Positions 13,301 to 24,195 of a DNA stretch of 64,000 nt are shown one piece after another. The notes under the pieces are model-generated. The model did no database searches, was not told where the DNA came from, and was given only the letters and a program-made list of their open reading frames with translations. This DNA comes from Eledone cirrhosa (Eukaryota): positions 9,362,001-9,426,000 of the forward strand of contig OZ024740.1 of the NCBI GenBank assembly GCA_964016885.1, in the 5' to 3' direction. The translations under genes were made by a program, and so were the position numbers. Within the stretch, counting starts at the first letter, position 1. The number at the start of each line of letters is the position of its first letter.

Positions 13301-13638
13301 CTAGCCGACCCTCCCCTCCACCTGGTCTCTTGAATACAACAAACATCGACCTCCTTACGTTCAAGCATTTCTACAACCTCGTTAGAGCGACCCTTTAAGG
13401 TACCTACATTCATGGTACCAACTCTGAAGTTTTGGGTTGCGTTTGGAGGGAGGGAGCGGTGGGGAGCGGTGGGGGATGGGGTTATGTTAGCCATCCTGGT
13501 CCGAAACAAGGAGGAGTGCTTGCATTCTCGTCCACGAGGTGAATTTGGCTTTATCTTTGGCATTGTCGCTGAGCGTCCACATTTTTCTCTCTTCAACTCT
13601 CCAGAATTCCGTAGTCCATCCATCATATCGAAAAGCAA
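10393..13638 (-). CDS. LINE ORF2-type protein: AP endonuclease + reverse transcriptase with internal PHD-type zinc finger
   Basis: APE motifs TMNVGTL, CIQETRW, SAYAPQ, GDLNGHVG, VDYIL, SQH; RT motifs YRGIKL, QFGF, FVDLEKAFDRV, GVHQGSVLSPLLF, YADD, FRYLG; RTE-type C-terminus RRLRWYGHVMRM..GRPRKTW. The listed start is TTG; first ATG at 13626, and the MPK ATG at 13563 is conserved in other copies. Confidence 0.95.
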   Translation of the reverse strand: MLFDMMDGLRNSGELKREKCGRSATMPKIKPNSPRGRECKHSSLFRTRMANITPSPTAPHRSLPPNATQNFRVGTMNVGTLKGRSNEVVEMLERKEVDVCCIQETRWRGGSARFILGKERCYKLFWVGNGNGLGGVGIMVAEKWADKIIDVNRVNDRIIKIRLVLNKTTVTVISAYAPQSGLPGTIKDRFYETLMLATSQITDSDYIVIAGDLNGHVGQHCDGYDGIHGGYGFGTRNEEGSRILEFCDANNLTICNTNFKKRDNHLITYRSGEHTSQVDYILTRRRDRVSVFKTKSHPHEEFTSQHRLIISDLIVRTRRTRQRKRTVLRRKIWKLKDPIARNKFQSILLDAFDSKEEQLESYNIEEQWEFLRANLLTAADEVCGWSRPVGRRRVTWWWNSKVEESIKAKKQAWKVWRDGGSREDYQVARREARRQVYFARREAEERKFKHVLQREDQKREVFRIARQCVKENRDIVGEKCVLNDDGILAITDADKKVAWKCHYERLLNEENKCEKDSLPQIDPIEGPAVLVEGSIISKAIKDMKTGKAAGPSEIVAEMLKASGSVGHTMVTRIGNQVVQNGVVPKEWRSSIIVNCYKGKGDALDRSNYRGIKLIDQVMKVTEKVIAQLIRERIDLDEMQFGFVSGKSTTDALFIVRQLQEKYLAKSKPLYLAFVDLEKAFDRVPRSIIWWSLRKLGVDEWLVRAIQAMYKETVSKVRINNEYSEEFSVKVGVHQGSVLSPLLFIIALQAITEDFKTGCPWELLYADDLTLIAESMTELEKKFQTWKHGLESKGLKINLAKTKVLVCRKENKAAVPSGKWPCSVCRKGVGRNSILCPKCKVWVHKRCSGITGKLTKNIDFTCGRCSGVISSSKCPQNTSSFNCADGTIEIVDSFRYLGDKISSGGGCSESTVARVRTGWKKFRELIPLLAARGFSLKMKGRLYDACIRTAMLHGSETWALCAEDIRRLERNEACMLRWMCNSNIRERQSINELRKKLERRGIRCCLLERRLRWYGHVMRMKDDSCITKCRAIKIDGSHGVGRPRKTWDELINSDLTRLHLSKTMSLDRDLWRYSVIEKTRLT

Positions 13639-13654
13639 CCAGTTAAGCGATAGT

Positions 13655-13715
13655 ATGGGCCTCTGACTTATGATTGGTCCACGTAATAATGGTGGTGCGT
13701 GGGGGCGGGAGGGAG
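13655..13715 (-). promoter_or_regulatory. Putative internal promoter module (GC box + CCAAT box) in the 5' UTR of copy 1
   Basis: Minus strand reads cccgccccc..ttacgtggaccaatcataag; the same module is conserved in other family A copies; function is inferred. Confidence 0.5.
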
Positions 13716-14096
13716 GGATGATGGGTTGTTAGCGAGAATGTAAGGTTTAAGATAAGATCGCCGTATTTTGGGCATGATTTAACAATAAACGAAAATACAA
13801 GATTTGTTTTGTTTAAGAAAATATGATAGAGAAAATGCGGTGATAGGGAAAATATGATTTTTAGAGAAAAGATATGATATAGAATGGTGAAAATATGATA
13901 TAGTGTGAATTTAGGACATAGAAGTGATTGAATGAATGGGTTCGAATGGAGAGAAGAATCGAGAAAAATTTTGAACGTTACTTTATACCGAAGGAACCGA
14001 AGGGAACAGCCATCCCAGAAATAGCGAGTTGGCAATTTTGATTAATTTTGGTAGGGTTTTTATCTTATATGTATAGAGAGGGAGGGGGGGGGCAGC

Positions 14097-17000
14097 CAGT
14101 ATATCAGTTTCCATTGGTATATCAGTTTCGATTGGTATGTCAGTTTCGATTGGTATATCAGTTTCGATTGGTATGTCAGTTTCGATTAGTATATCAGTTA
14201 CTACTTGTATGTCAGTTTCTATTGCTATATCAGTTTCGATTGGTATGTCTGTTTCGATTGGTATGTAAGTTTCGATTAGTATATCAGTTTCGATTGGTAT
14301 GTCAGTTTTGATTGGTATATCAGTTTCGATTGGTATGTCAGTTTTGATTGGTATATCAGTTTAGATTGGTATGTCAGTTTTGATTGGTATATCAGTTTCG
14401 AATGGTATGTCAGTTTTGATTGGTATATCAGTTTCGAATGGTATGTCAGTTTTGATTGGTATATCAGTTTCGAATGGTATGTCAGTTTTGATTGGTATAT
14501 CAGTTTCTATTGGTATATCGGTTTCTATTGGTATATCAGTTTCTATTGGTATATCGGTTTCCATTGCTATATCAGTTTCGATTGGTATTTCAGTTTCTAT
14601 GGGTATATCAGTTTTTATTTGTATGTGAGTTTCAATTGGTATTTCAGTTTCTATGGGTATATCAGTTTTGACTGGTATGTTAGTTTCTATTGGTATGTCA
14701 GTTTCGAGTAGTATATTAGTTTCTATTGGTATGTCATTTTCGATTGGTATGTTAGTCCTCGATTGGTATGTCCGTTTCTATTGGTATATCAGTTTCGATT
14801 GGTATGTCAATTTCGATTGGTATGTCAGTTTCGATTGTTATGTAAGTTTCGATTAATATATCAGTTTCGATTGGTATGTCAGTTTCTATTGGTATGTCAG
14901 TTTCGATTGGTATGTCAGTTTCTATTGTTATGTCAATTTCGATTGGTATGTCAGTTTAGATTGGTATATCAGTTTCGATTGGTATGTCAGTTTCTATTAT
15001 TATGTCAGTTTCAATTGGTATATCGGTTTCGATTGTTATGTAAGTTTTATTGTTATTTCAGTTTCGATTGGTATATCAGTTTCGGTTGGTATGTCAATTT
15101 TAAATTAGTATATGAGTTTCTATTGGTATGTCAGTTTCGATTGGTATATCAGTTTCGAATGGTATGTCAGTTTGGATTGGTATGTCAGTTGGGATAGGTA
15201 TATCAGTTTCGATTGATATATCAGTTTCGATTACTATGTCAGTTTCTATTGGTATGTCAGTTTCGATTAGTATATCAGTTTCGATTGCTATGTTAGTTCT
15301 CGATTTGTATGTCAGTTTCCATTTGTATATCAGTTTCGATTGGTATGTCTGTTTCGATTCTTATGTCAGTTTCTATTGGAATATCAGTTTCGATTGTTAT
15401 GTCAGTTTCGATTATTATATCAGTTTATATTGGTATGTCAGTTTTTATTGGTATATCGGTTTCCATTGGTATATCAGTTTCCATTGGTATGTCAGTTTCT
15501 ATTGGTATATCAGTATCGATTGGTATGTCAGTTTCTATTGGTATGTCAGTGACAATTGGTATATCAGTTTTAATTGGTATTTCAGTTTTATTGGTATGTC
15601 AATTTCGATTGGTATGTCAGTTTCGATTGGTATAACAGTTTCGAATGGTATGTCAGTTTCGATTGGTATGTCAGTTTCGATTGGTATATCAGTTTCGATT
15701 AGTATGTCAATTTCTATTGGTTTATCAGTTTCGATTGTTATGTTAGTTTCTATTGGTATATCAGTTTCGGCTGGTATGTTGTTTTCGATTGGTATGTTAG
15801 TTCTCGATTTGTATGTCAGTTTCTATTGGTATATCAGTTTCAATTAGTATATCAGTTACTATTTGTATGTCAGTTTCTATTGGTATATCAGTTTGTATTG
15901 GTGTGTCAGTTTCTATTAGTATGTCAGTTTCTATTGGTATATCAGTTTCGATTGGTATATCAGCTTCGATTGGTATGTCAGTTTCGATTGGTATGTCAGT
16001 TTCAATTGGTATATCAATTTCGAATGTTATGTCAGTTTCTATTGGTACATCAGTTTCGACTGGTATGTGATTTTCGATTGGTATGTTAGTCCTCGATTTG
16101 TATGTCAGTTTCTATTGGTATATCAGTTTCGATTGGTATATCAGTTTCGATTGGTATGTCAATTTCGATTGGTATATCAGTTTCGATTGGTATATCAGTT
16201 TCGATTGGTATATCAGTTTCGATTGGTATGTAAGTTTCGATTGGTATATCAGTTTCGATTGTTATGTCAGTTTCTATTGGTATATCAGTTTCGGCTGGTA
16301 TGTTATTTTCGATTGGTATGTTAGTTCTCGATTTGTATGTCAGTTTCTATTGGTATATCAGTTTCAATTAGTATATCAGTTACTATTTGTATGTCAGTTT
16401 CTATTGGTATATCAGTTTCGATTGGTATATCAGTTTCGATTGGTATGTCAGTTTCGATTGGTATATCAGTTTCGATTGGTATGTCAGTTTCGATAGGTAT
16501 GTAAGTTTCGATTAGTATATCAGTTTCGAATGGTATGTCAGTTTTATTGTTATGTCAATTTCGATTGGTATATCAGTTTCGGTTGGTATGTTAGTTTCGA
16601 TTGGTATATCAGTTTCTGTTGGTATGTCAGTTTCGATTAGTATATCAGTTTCTGTTGGTATGTCAGTTTCGATTGATATATCAGTTTCGATTGTTATGTC
16701 AGTTTCTATTGGTATATCAGTTTTGACTGGTATGTTAGTTTCTATTGGTATGTCAGTTTCGATTAGTGTATTAGTTTCTATTGGTATGTCATTTTCGATT
16801 GGTATGTTAGTCCTCGATTTGTATGTCTGTTTCTATTGGTATATCAGTTTCGATTGGTATGTAAGTTTCGATTGGTATGTCAGTTTCGACTGGTATATCA
16901 GTTTCTATTGCTATGTCAGTTTCGATTGTTATGTCAGTTTCTGTTGGTATATCAGTTTCGATTGATATATCAGTTTCGATTAGTATATCAGTTTTGATTG

Positions 17001-19960
17001 GTATGTCAGTTTCTATTATTATGTCAGTTTCTATTGGTATATCAGTTTCGATTGGTATATCGGTTTCGATTGGTATATCAGTTTTGATTGGTATGTCAGT
17101 TTCTATTATTATGTCAGTTTCAATTGGTATATCAGTTTCGATCGGTATGTAAGTTTTATTGGTATGTCAGTTTTGATTGGTATATCAGTTTTGGTTGGTA
17201 TGTCAGTTTCGATTGGGATGTCAGTTTCTATTGGTATATCAGTTTCGATTGGTATGTCAGTTTCTATTGGTATATCAGTTTCGATTGGTATATCAGTTTC
17301 AATTGGTATGTCAGTTTCGATTGGTATATCAGTTTCGATTGGTATGTCAGTTTCGATAGGTATGTAAGTTTCGATTAGTATATCAGTTTCGAATGGTATG
17401 TCAGTTTTATTGTTATGTCAATTTCGATTGGTATATCAGTTTCGGTTGGTATGTTAGTTTCGATTGGTATATCAGTTTCTGTTGGTATGTCAGTTTCGAT
17501 TAGTATATCAGTTTCTGTTGGTATGTCAGTTTCGATTGATATATCAGTTTCGATTGTTATGTCAGTTTCTATTGGTATATCAGTTTTGACTGGTATGTTA
17601 GTTTCTATTGGTATGTCAGTTTCGATTAGTGTATTAGTTTCTATTGGTATGTCATTTTCGATTGGTATGTTAGTCCTCGATTTGTATGTCTGTTTCTATT
17701 GGTATATCAGTTTCGATTGGTATGTAAGTTTCGATTGGTATGTCAGTTTCGACTGGTATATCAGTTTCTATTGCTATGTCAGTTTCGATTGTTATGTCAG
17801 TTTCTGTTGGTATATCAGTTTCGATTGATATATCAGTTTCGATTAGTATATCAGTTTTGATTGGTATGTCAGTTTCTATTATTATGTCAGTTTCTATTGG
17901 TATATCAGTTTCGATTGGTATATCGGTTTCGATTGGTATATCAGTTTTGATTGGTATGTCAGTTTCTATTATTATGTCAGTTTCAATTGGTATATCAGTT
18001 TCGATCGGTATGTAAGTTTTATTGGTATGTCAGTTTTGATTGGTATATCAGTTTTGGTTGGTATGTCAGTTTCGATTGAGATGTCAGTTTCTATTGGTAT
18101 ATCAGTTTCGATTGGTATGTCAGTTTCTATTGGTATATCAGTTTTGATAAGTATATCAGTTTCTATTGGTATGTCAGTTTCGATTGGTATGTCTGTTTCG
18201 ATTGGTATATCAGTTTCGAATGGTATGTCAGTCTCGATTGGTATGTCCGTTTTGATTGGTATAGCAGTTTCTATTTGTATGTCAGTTTCGATTTGTATGT
18301 CAGTTTCTATTGGTATATCAGTTTCATTTAGTGTGTTTATTTCTATTGGTATGTCAGTTTCGATTAGTATATCAATTTCTATTGGTATGTTAGTTTCGAT
18401 TGGTATGTTAGTTCTCGATTTGTATGTCAGTTTCTATTGGTATATCAGTTTCGATTTGTATGTCAGTTTTGATTGGTAAGTCAATTTCGATTGGTTTATC
18501 AGATCCGAATAGTATGTCAGTTTCGATTAGTATATCAGTTACTACGTGTATGTCAGTTTCTATTGCTATATCAGTTTTGATTGGTATATCAGTTTCGATT
18601 GGTATGTCTGTTTCGATTGGTATATCAGTTTCGATTGGTATGTCAGTTTCGATTGGTATGTAAGTTTCGATTAGTATATCAGTTTCGAATGGTATGTCAG
18701 TTTTGATTGGTATATCAGTTTCGATTGGTATGTCAGTTTCGATTGGTATGTAAGTTTCGATTAGTATATCAGTTTCGAATGGTATGTCAGTTTTGATTGG
18801 TATATCAGTTTCGATTGGTATGTCACTTTCGATTGGTATGTCAGTTTCGTTTGGTATATCAGTTTCGATTAGTATGTCAGTTTCTATTGGTATATCGGTT
18901 TCCATTGCTATATCAGTTTCGATTGGTATTTCAGTTTCTATGTGTATATCAGTTTCTATTTGTATGTCAGTTTCAATTGGTATGTCAGTTTCTATTGGTA
19001 TATCAGTTTTGATTGGTATGTCAGTTTCTATTGGTATATCAGTTTTGATTAGTATATCAGTTTCTATTGGTATGTCAGTTTCGATTGGTATGTCTGTTTC
19101 GATTGGTATATCAGTTTCGAATGGTATGTCAGTCTCGATTGGTATGTCCGTTTTGATTGGTATAGCAGTTTCTATTGGTATGTCAGTTTCGATTAGTATA
19201 TCAGTTTCTATTGGTATGTTAGTTTCGATTGGTATGTTAGTTCTCGATTTGTATGTCAGTTTCTATTTAGCATATCAGTTTAGATTGGTATGTCAGTTTC
19301 TATTGGTATATCAGTTTCGATAGGTATCTCAGTTTCGATTGGTATGTCAGTTTCAATTGGTAAGTCAATTTCGACTGGTTTATCAGATCCGATTAGTATG
19401 TCAATTTCTATCAGTATATCAGTTTCGAATGGTTTGTCAGTTTCGATTGGTATGTTAGTTTCTATTGGTATATCAGTTTGTATTGGTATGTCAGTTTCTG
19501 TTAGTATATCAGTTTCGATTGGTATATCAGTTTCGATTGGTATGTCAATTTCGATTGGTATATCAGTTTCGTTTGGTATATCAGTTTCGATTGTTATGTC
19601 AGTTTCTATTGGTATATCAGTTTCAACTGGTATGTTATTTTCGATTGGTATGTTAGTCCTTGATTTGTATGTCAGTTTCTATTGGTATATCAGTTTCAAT
19701 TAGTATATCAGTTACTATTTGTATGTCTGTTTCTATTGCTATATCAGTTTCGATTGGTATGTCAGTTTCGATTGGTATGTAAGTTTCGATTAGTATATCA
19801 GTTTCGAATGGTATGTCAGTTTCGATTGGTATGTCAGTTTCGATTGGTATATCAGTTTCGATTAGTATGTCAGTTTCTATTGGTATATCGGTTTCCATTG
19901 CTATATCAGTTTCGATTGGTATTTCAGTTTCTATGGGTATATCAGTTTCTATTTGTATGT
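14097..19960. repeat. 18-bp satellite block 2, including an 863-bp tandem duplication (~16430-18150)
   Basis: Same monomer; variant strings recur at offset 863 (16501/17364; pseudo-ORFs 16552/17415, 16877/17740). Confidence 0.98.
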
Positions 19961-19971
19961 ATATATATTTG

Positions 19972-20016
<45 letters not shown>
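19961..20016. repeat. (AT)n microsatellite at the 5' junction of copy 2
   Basis: AT run, preceded by a 16-bp duplication atttgtatgtatatat (19951-19966 / 19967-19982). Confidence 0.9.
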
Positions 20017-20019
<3 letters not shown>

Positions 20020-20323
20020 ATAAGTTCTCCTTCATGTTTATTCACTTTCGCCAATCCATCGCTGCTTCAATTATTCCTACTACGGTGTACCCATGTAAAT
20101 CGTAAAGTACAAATTTTTCTCTATCTACTCCACGCTCAATTTCGTACATAGTCCAAACATCCAATCTCGCAAAATCCGAAATCTGTATTTTTTGTTATCT
20201 ATTTAAGGTTTAAATACGGTGTTTTTGTCGTATTGAACAGAACAAATCTTGCAGTTTTGCTTTTTGTTAAATCGCTTGTTAAACATTCATAACCTTCCAG
20301 CTAGCTACCCCACACCCCTCCCA

Positions 20324-20432
20324 CCCGCCCCCACACACCACCATTCTTAATACGTTGACCAATCATAAGCCAGAGCCTCCCCCCACGCATCACCATTATT
20401 ATTATTACGCGGACCAATCATAAGCCAGAGGC
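20324..20432 (+). promoter_or_regulatory. GC box plus two tandem ~50-bp CCAAT modules in the 5' UTR of copy 2
   Basis: cccgccccc at ~20324; gaccaatcataagccagag twice (CCAAT at 20359 and 20414). Confidence 0.5.
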
Positions 20433-20476
20433 CTATACTATCGCTTGCCCGGTTGCCTTCGATATATGATGGATGA

Positions 20477-23400
20477 ATGGATGGATGGACGGACTGCGGA
20501 ATCCTGGAGAGTGGAAGGGAGAGAAAAATCTGGACGCTCAGAGCGAAAATGCCAAAGTTAAAGTCAAATTCACCTCGTGGACGAGAATGCGAGCACTCCT
20601 CTTTGTTTCGTCCGCGGATGGCTAACATAACCCTATCTCCCCCCGCCCCCCACCACCCCCACCCTCCAAACGCAACCCAAAACTTCAGAGTTGGTACCAT
20701 AAATGTAGGCACCCTAAAGGATCGCGCTAACGAGGCTGTAGAAATGCTTGAACGTAAGGAGGTCGATGTTTGTTGTATTCAAGAGACCAGGTGGAGGGGT
20801 GGGTCTGCTAGATTCATTGAGGGTAAAAAACGATGTTATAAGCTTTTCTGGGTGGGAAACGACGATGGGCTGGGTGGAGTAGGAATCATGGTAGCAGAAA
20901 AGTGGGCAGATAAGATAATAGACGTAAATAGAGTGAACGACAGAATAATTAAAATATGACTTGTCCTCAATAGAACTACGGTGACAGTAATATCTGCGTA
21001 CGCACCCCAATCCGGACTGCCCGGCACTATAAAAGACAGATTCTATGAGACACTGTTGCTAACTACCTCCCAAATATCTGACAGTGACTATATAATTATT
21101 GCAGGCGACCTAAATGGTCACGTTGGACAACATTGTGACGGCTACGACGAAATCCATGGAGGCTATGGGTTTGGTACTAGAAATGAGGAAGGCTCCAGAA
21201 TCCTGGAATTCTGTGATGCAAATAACCTAACTATCTGTAACACTAACTTCAAAAAACGTGACAATCACCTGATCACCTATAGATCCGGGGAACACACAAG
21301 CCAGGTAGATTATATCCTTACCAGAAGACGTGACAGAGTGTCTGTTGTAAACACTAAATCCCTCCCCCATGAAGAATGCACCTCCCAACATAGACTGATA
21401 ATTAGCGACCTCATAGTCAGGACGAGACGTACTCGACAGCAGAAGAGGACTATCCTCAGGAGGAAAATATGGAAACTAAAGGACCCCACAGCCAGAAATA
21501 AATTTCAAAGCATATTACTTGATGCTTTTGACAGTAAGGAAGAGCATCTAGAATCGGACAATATAGAGGGACAGTGGGAATTTCTGAAAGCAAACCTGCT
21601 GTTGGCGACAGACGAAGTCTGTGGCTGGAGCAGGCCTGTAGGCAGGAGGAGAGTAACATGGTGGTGGAACAGTAGGGTGGAGGGGTCAATTAAGGCCAAA
21701 AAGCAGGCTTGGAAAGTATGGCGGGATGGGGGAAGTAGAGTAGACTATCAAGTGGCCAGGAGGGAAGCTAGGAGAGAAGTGTACTTAGCAAGAAGGGAAG
21801 CTGAGGAAAGAAAGTTCAAGCATGTTCTACAACGCGATGACCAAAAACGTGAGGTGTTCAGGATTGCTAGGCAATGCGTCAAGGAAAACCGTGATATTGT
21901 CGGGGAGAAGTGTGTACTTAACGATGATGGCATACTTGCCATCACCGACACTGATAAGAAGGTAGCTTGGAAGTGTCACTATGAAAGGCTACTAAATGAG
22001 GAGAATAAATGGGAGAAAGACAGTCTCCCCCATATCGACCCAATACAGGGACCAGCAGTGTTAGTCGAGGGGAGTATAATAAGTAAGGCAATCAAGGATA
22101 TGAAGACGGGTAAGGCAGCTGGGCCTTCGGAAATAGTTGCTGAGATGCTGAAGGCATCTGGCACGGTGGGACACACCATGGTCACCCGCATAGTTAACCA
22201 AGTCGTACAGAATGGGGTTGTTCCGAAGGACTGGCATAGCAGCATCATCGTTAACTGTTATAAGGGTAAAGGAGACGCACTAGATAGGAGTAACTATAGA
22301 GGCATTAAATTAATCGACCAGGTCATGAAGGTCACGGAAAAAGTAATAGCGCAACTAATCAGAGAGAGAATTGACCTAGATGAAATGCAGTTCGGGTTTG
22401 TGTCAGGCAAAAGCACCACAGACGCTCTTTTCATAGTACGACAACTACAGGAGAAGTACCTAGCTAAAGGTAAACCCCTCTACTTAGCTTTTGTCGACCT
22501 GGAGAAAGCCTTCGACAGAGTCCCCCGCTCCATTATCTGGTGGGCTCTTAGAAAACTAGGCGTTGACGAATGGCTTGTGAGGGCTATACAAGCCATGTAT
22601 AAAGAAACAGTCAGCAAGGTTAGAATTAACAACGAATATAGTGAAGAGTTTAGCGTAAAAGTTGGCGTCCATCAGGGCTCTGTTCTCAGCCCCCTACTAT
22701 TTATTATTGCCCTTCAGGCTATAACAGAGGAGTTCAAGACAGGCTGCCCATGGGAACTCCTATACGCAGACAACCTGACACTCATAGCGGAATCAATGGC
22801 CAAGCTAGAGAAGAAATTCCAAACATGGAAGCACGGCCTAGAGTCAAAAGGACTTAAAATTAACCTGGCTAAGACCAAAGTTCTAGTTTGTAGGAAAGAA
22901 AACAAGGCGGCGGTCCCTTCTGGGAAATGGTCGTGCTCGGTGTGTAGGAAAGGCGTAGGTAGAAACTCCATTTTATGTCCTAAATGCAAAGTATGGGTGC
23001 ATAAAAGATGTAGTGGGATCACAGGTAAGCTAACTAAGAACATAGATTTTACATGTGGCCGGTGTTCTGGTGCAATAAGTAGCAGCAAGTGCCCACAAAA
23101 TACTAGCTCTTTCAATTGCGCAGAGGGTTCTATAGAAATAGTGGACAGCTTCCGTTACCTGGGCGATAAAATCAGCAGTGGGGGAGGGTGCTCTGAAAGT
23201 ACTGTAGCTAGAGTCAGAACTGGTTGGAAAAAGTTCAGAGAGCTTATACCACTATTAGCTGCTAAAGGGTTCTCCCTAAAAATGAAAGGCAGGTTGTACG
23301 ATGCCTGCATACGAACAGCAATGTTACATGGTAGTGAGACCTGGGCATTGTGTGCAGAGGATATACGCAGACTAGAGAGGAACGAAGCTTGCATGCTCCG

Positions 23401-23731
23401 CTGGATGTGTAACAGTAATATACGTGAACGGCAAAGCATAAACGAACTAAGGAAAAAATTAGAGATAAGAGGGATCAGATGTTGTTTACTCGAGAGAAGG
23501 CTGCGTTGGTATTGACACGTGATGCGCATGAAAGTCGATAGCTGTATAACAAAGTGCAGGGCAATAAAGATAGACGGTAGCCACGGAATAGGCAGACCTA
23601 GAAAAACCTGGGATGAGCTGATAAACTCCGACCTCACACACTTACACCTCTCCAAGACAATGTCACTGGACCGAGACCTTTGGCGGTACTCAGTAACAGA
23701 GAAGACCCGCCTTGCCAGTAGGCATCTCTAA
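20477..23731 (+). pseudogene. Disrupted APE-RT ORF of copy 2
   Basis: In-frame stops at 20957-20959 (CGA>TGA) and 23513-23515 (GGA>TGA); catalytic YADD changed to YADN; small deletion removes the normal stop near 23713. Confidence 0.92.
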
Positions 23732-24085
23732 CAAAATACACCCCGTCCCGCCACCACCCCCACCCCATCCACACCACCCCGTTCTATGTAAAGTTATGTT
23801 GGTGCCGCGCCATCCAGGCCGAAACAAATGAGATCGTGTAGGTGTCACGACAAAAAAACACACAGTCCATGCTGTAATGTGGCCGTGTAGGCAACACGGT
23901 AAAAACCTCCCAGACCCACACTGTAAATGTGGTTGGTGTTAGGAAGGGCATCCAACTGTAGAAAACCTGCCAGACAGTCCTATGCGAACAAGACAATCAC
24001 TCTTGCCTCAAGTGGGACTACCCCCGTCCAAACCCATGCAAGCGTGGAACACGGACGTTAAACGTTGATGATGATGATGATGATG

Positions 24086-24195
24086 ATGTCAGTTTCAATT
24101 GGTATGTCAGTTTCTATTGGTATATCAGTTTCAATTGGTATATCAGTTTCGATTGGTACATCAGTTTCGATTGGTATGTCAGTTTCGATTGGTAT
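24086..24195. repeat. 18-bp satellite spacer (about 6 monomers)
   Basis: Same monomer between copy 2 and the CR1-like fragment. Confidence 0.95.

Larger units (their letters stand above)
9884..14096 (-). mobile_element. RTE-like non-LTR retrotransposon, family A, copy 1 (apparently full length, intact ORF)
   Basis: Single APE+RT ORF, ~480-bp 3' UTR, (ATC)8 on + at 9884-9907 = (GAT)n tail; satellite resumes at 14097 in the register of the empty site seen at 601-630. Confidence 0.95.
19961..24088 (+). mobile_element. RTE-like family A, copy 2 (near full length, inactivated)
   Basis: Colinear with copy 1; (ATG)7 tail at 24068-24088 running into tcagtttc. Confidence 0.95.

Noticed and set aside
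10393-13638. Bacterial RT system (group II intron, retron, DGR)
   Set aside because: N-terminal APE domain, RTE-type C-terminus, repeat tails and 5' truncations identify eukaryotic LINEs despite the YADD motif
10673-13666. Antisense ORFs recurring in each RTE copy (e.g. MKELVFCG..., MMLL...)
   Set aside because: Shadow frames of the real ORF; they recur only because the copies are homologous
13643-14035. 130-aa ORF upstream of the RT as a possible ORF1
   Set aside because: Low-complexity, non-ATG start, and not conserved in the other copies' 5' regions
24066-24088. Hammerhead core (CUGAUGA) or poly-Met ORF starts in the tails
   Set aside because: Simple (TGA)n LINE tail lacking the leading C and flanking stems
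9884-24088. Copies 1 and 2 as inverted ends of one composite element
   Set aside because: Each has its own reconstructable empty site, different 5' UTRs and clear sequence divergence, so they are independent insertions
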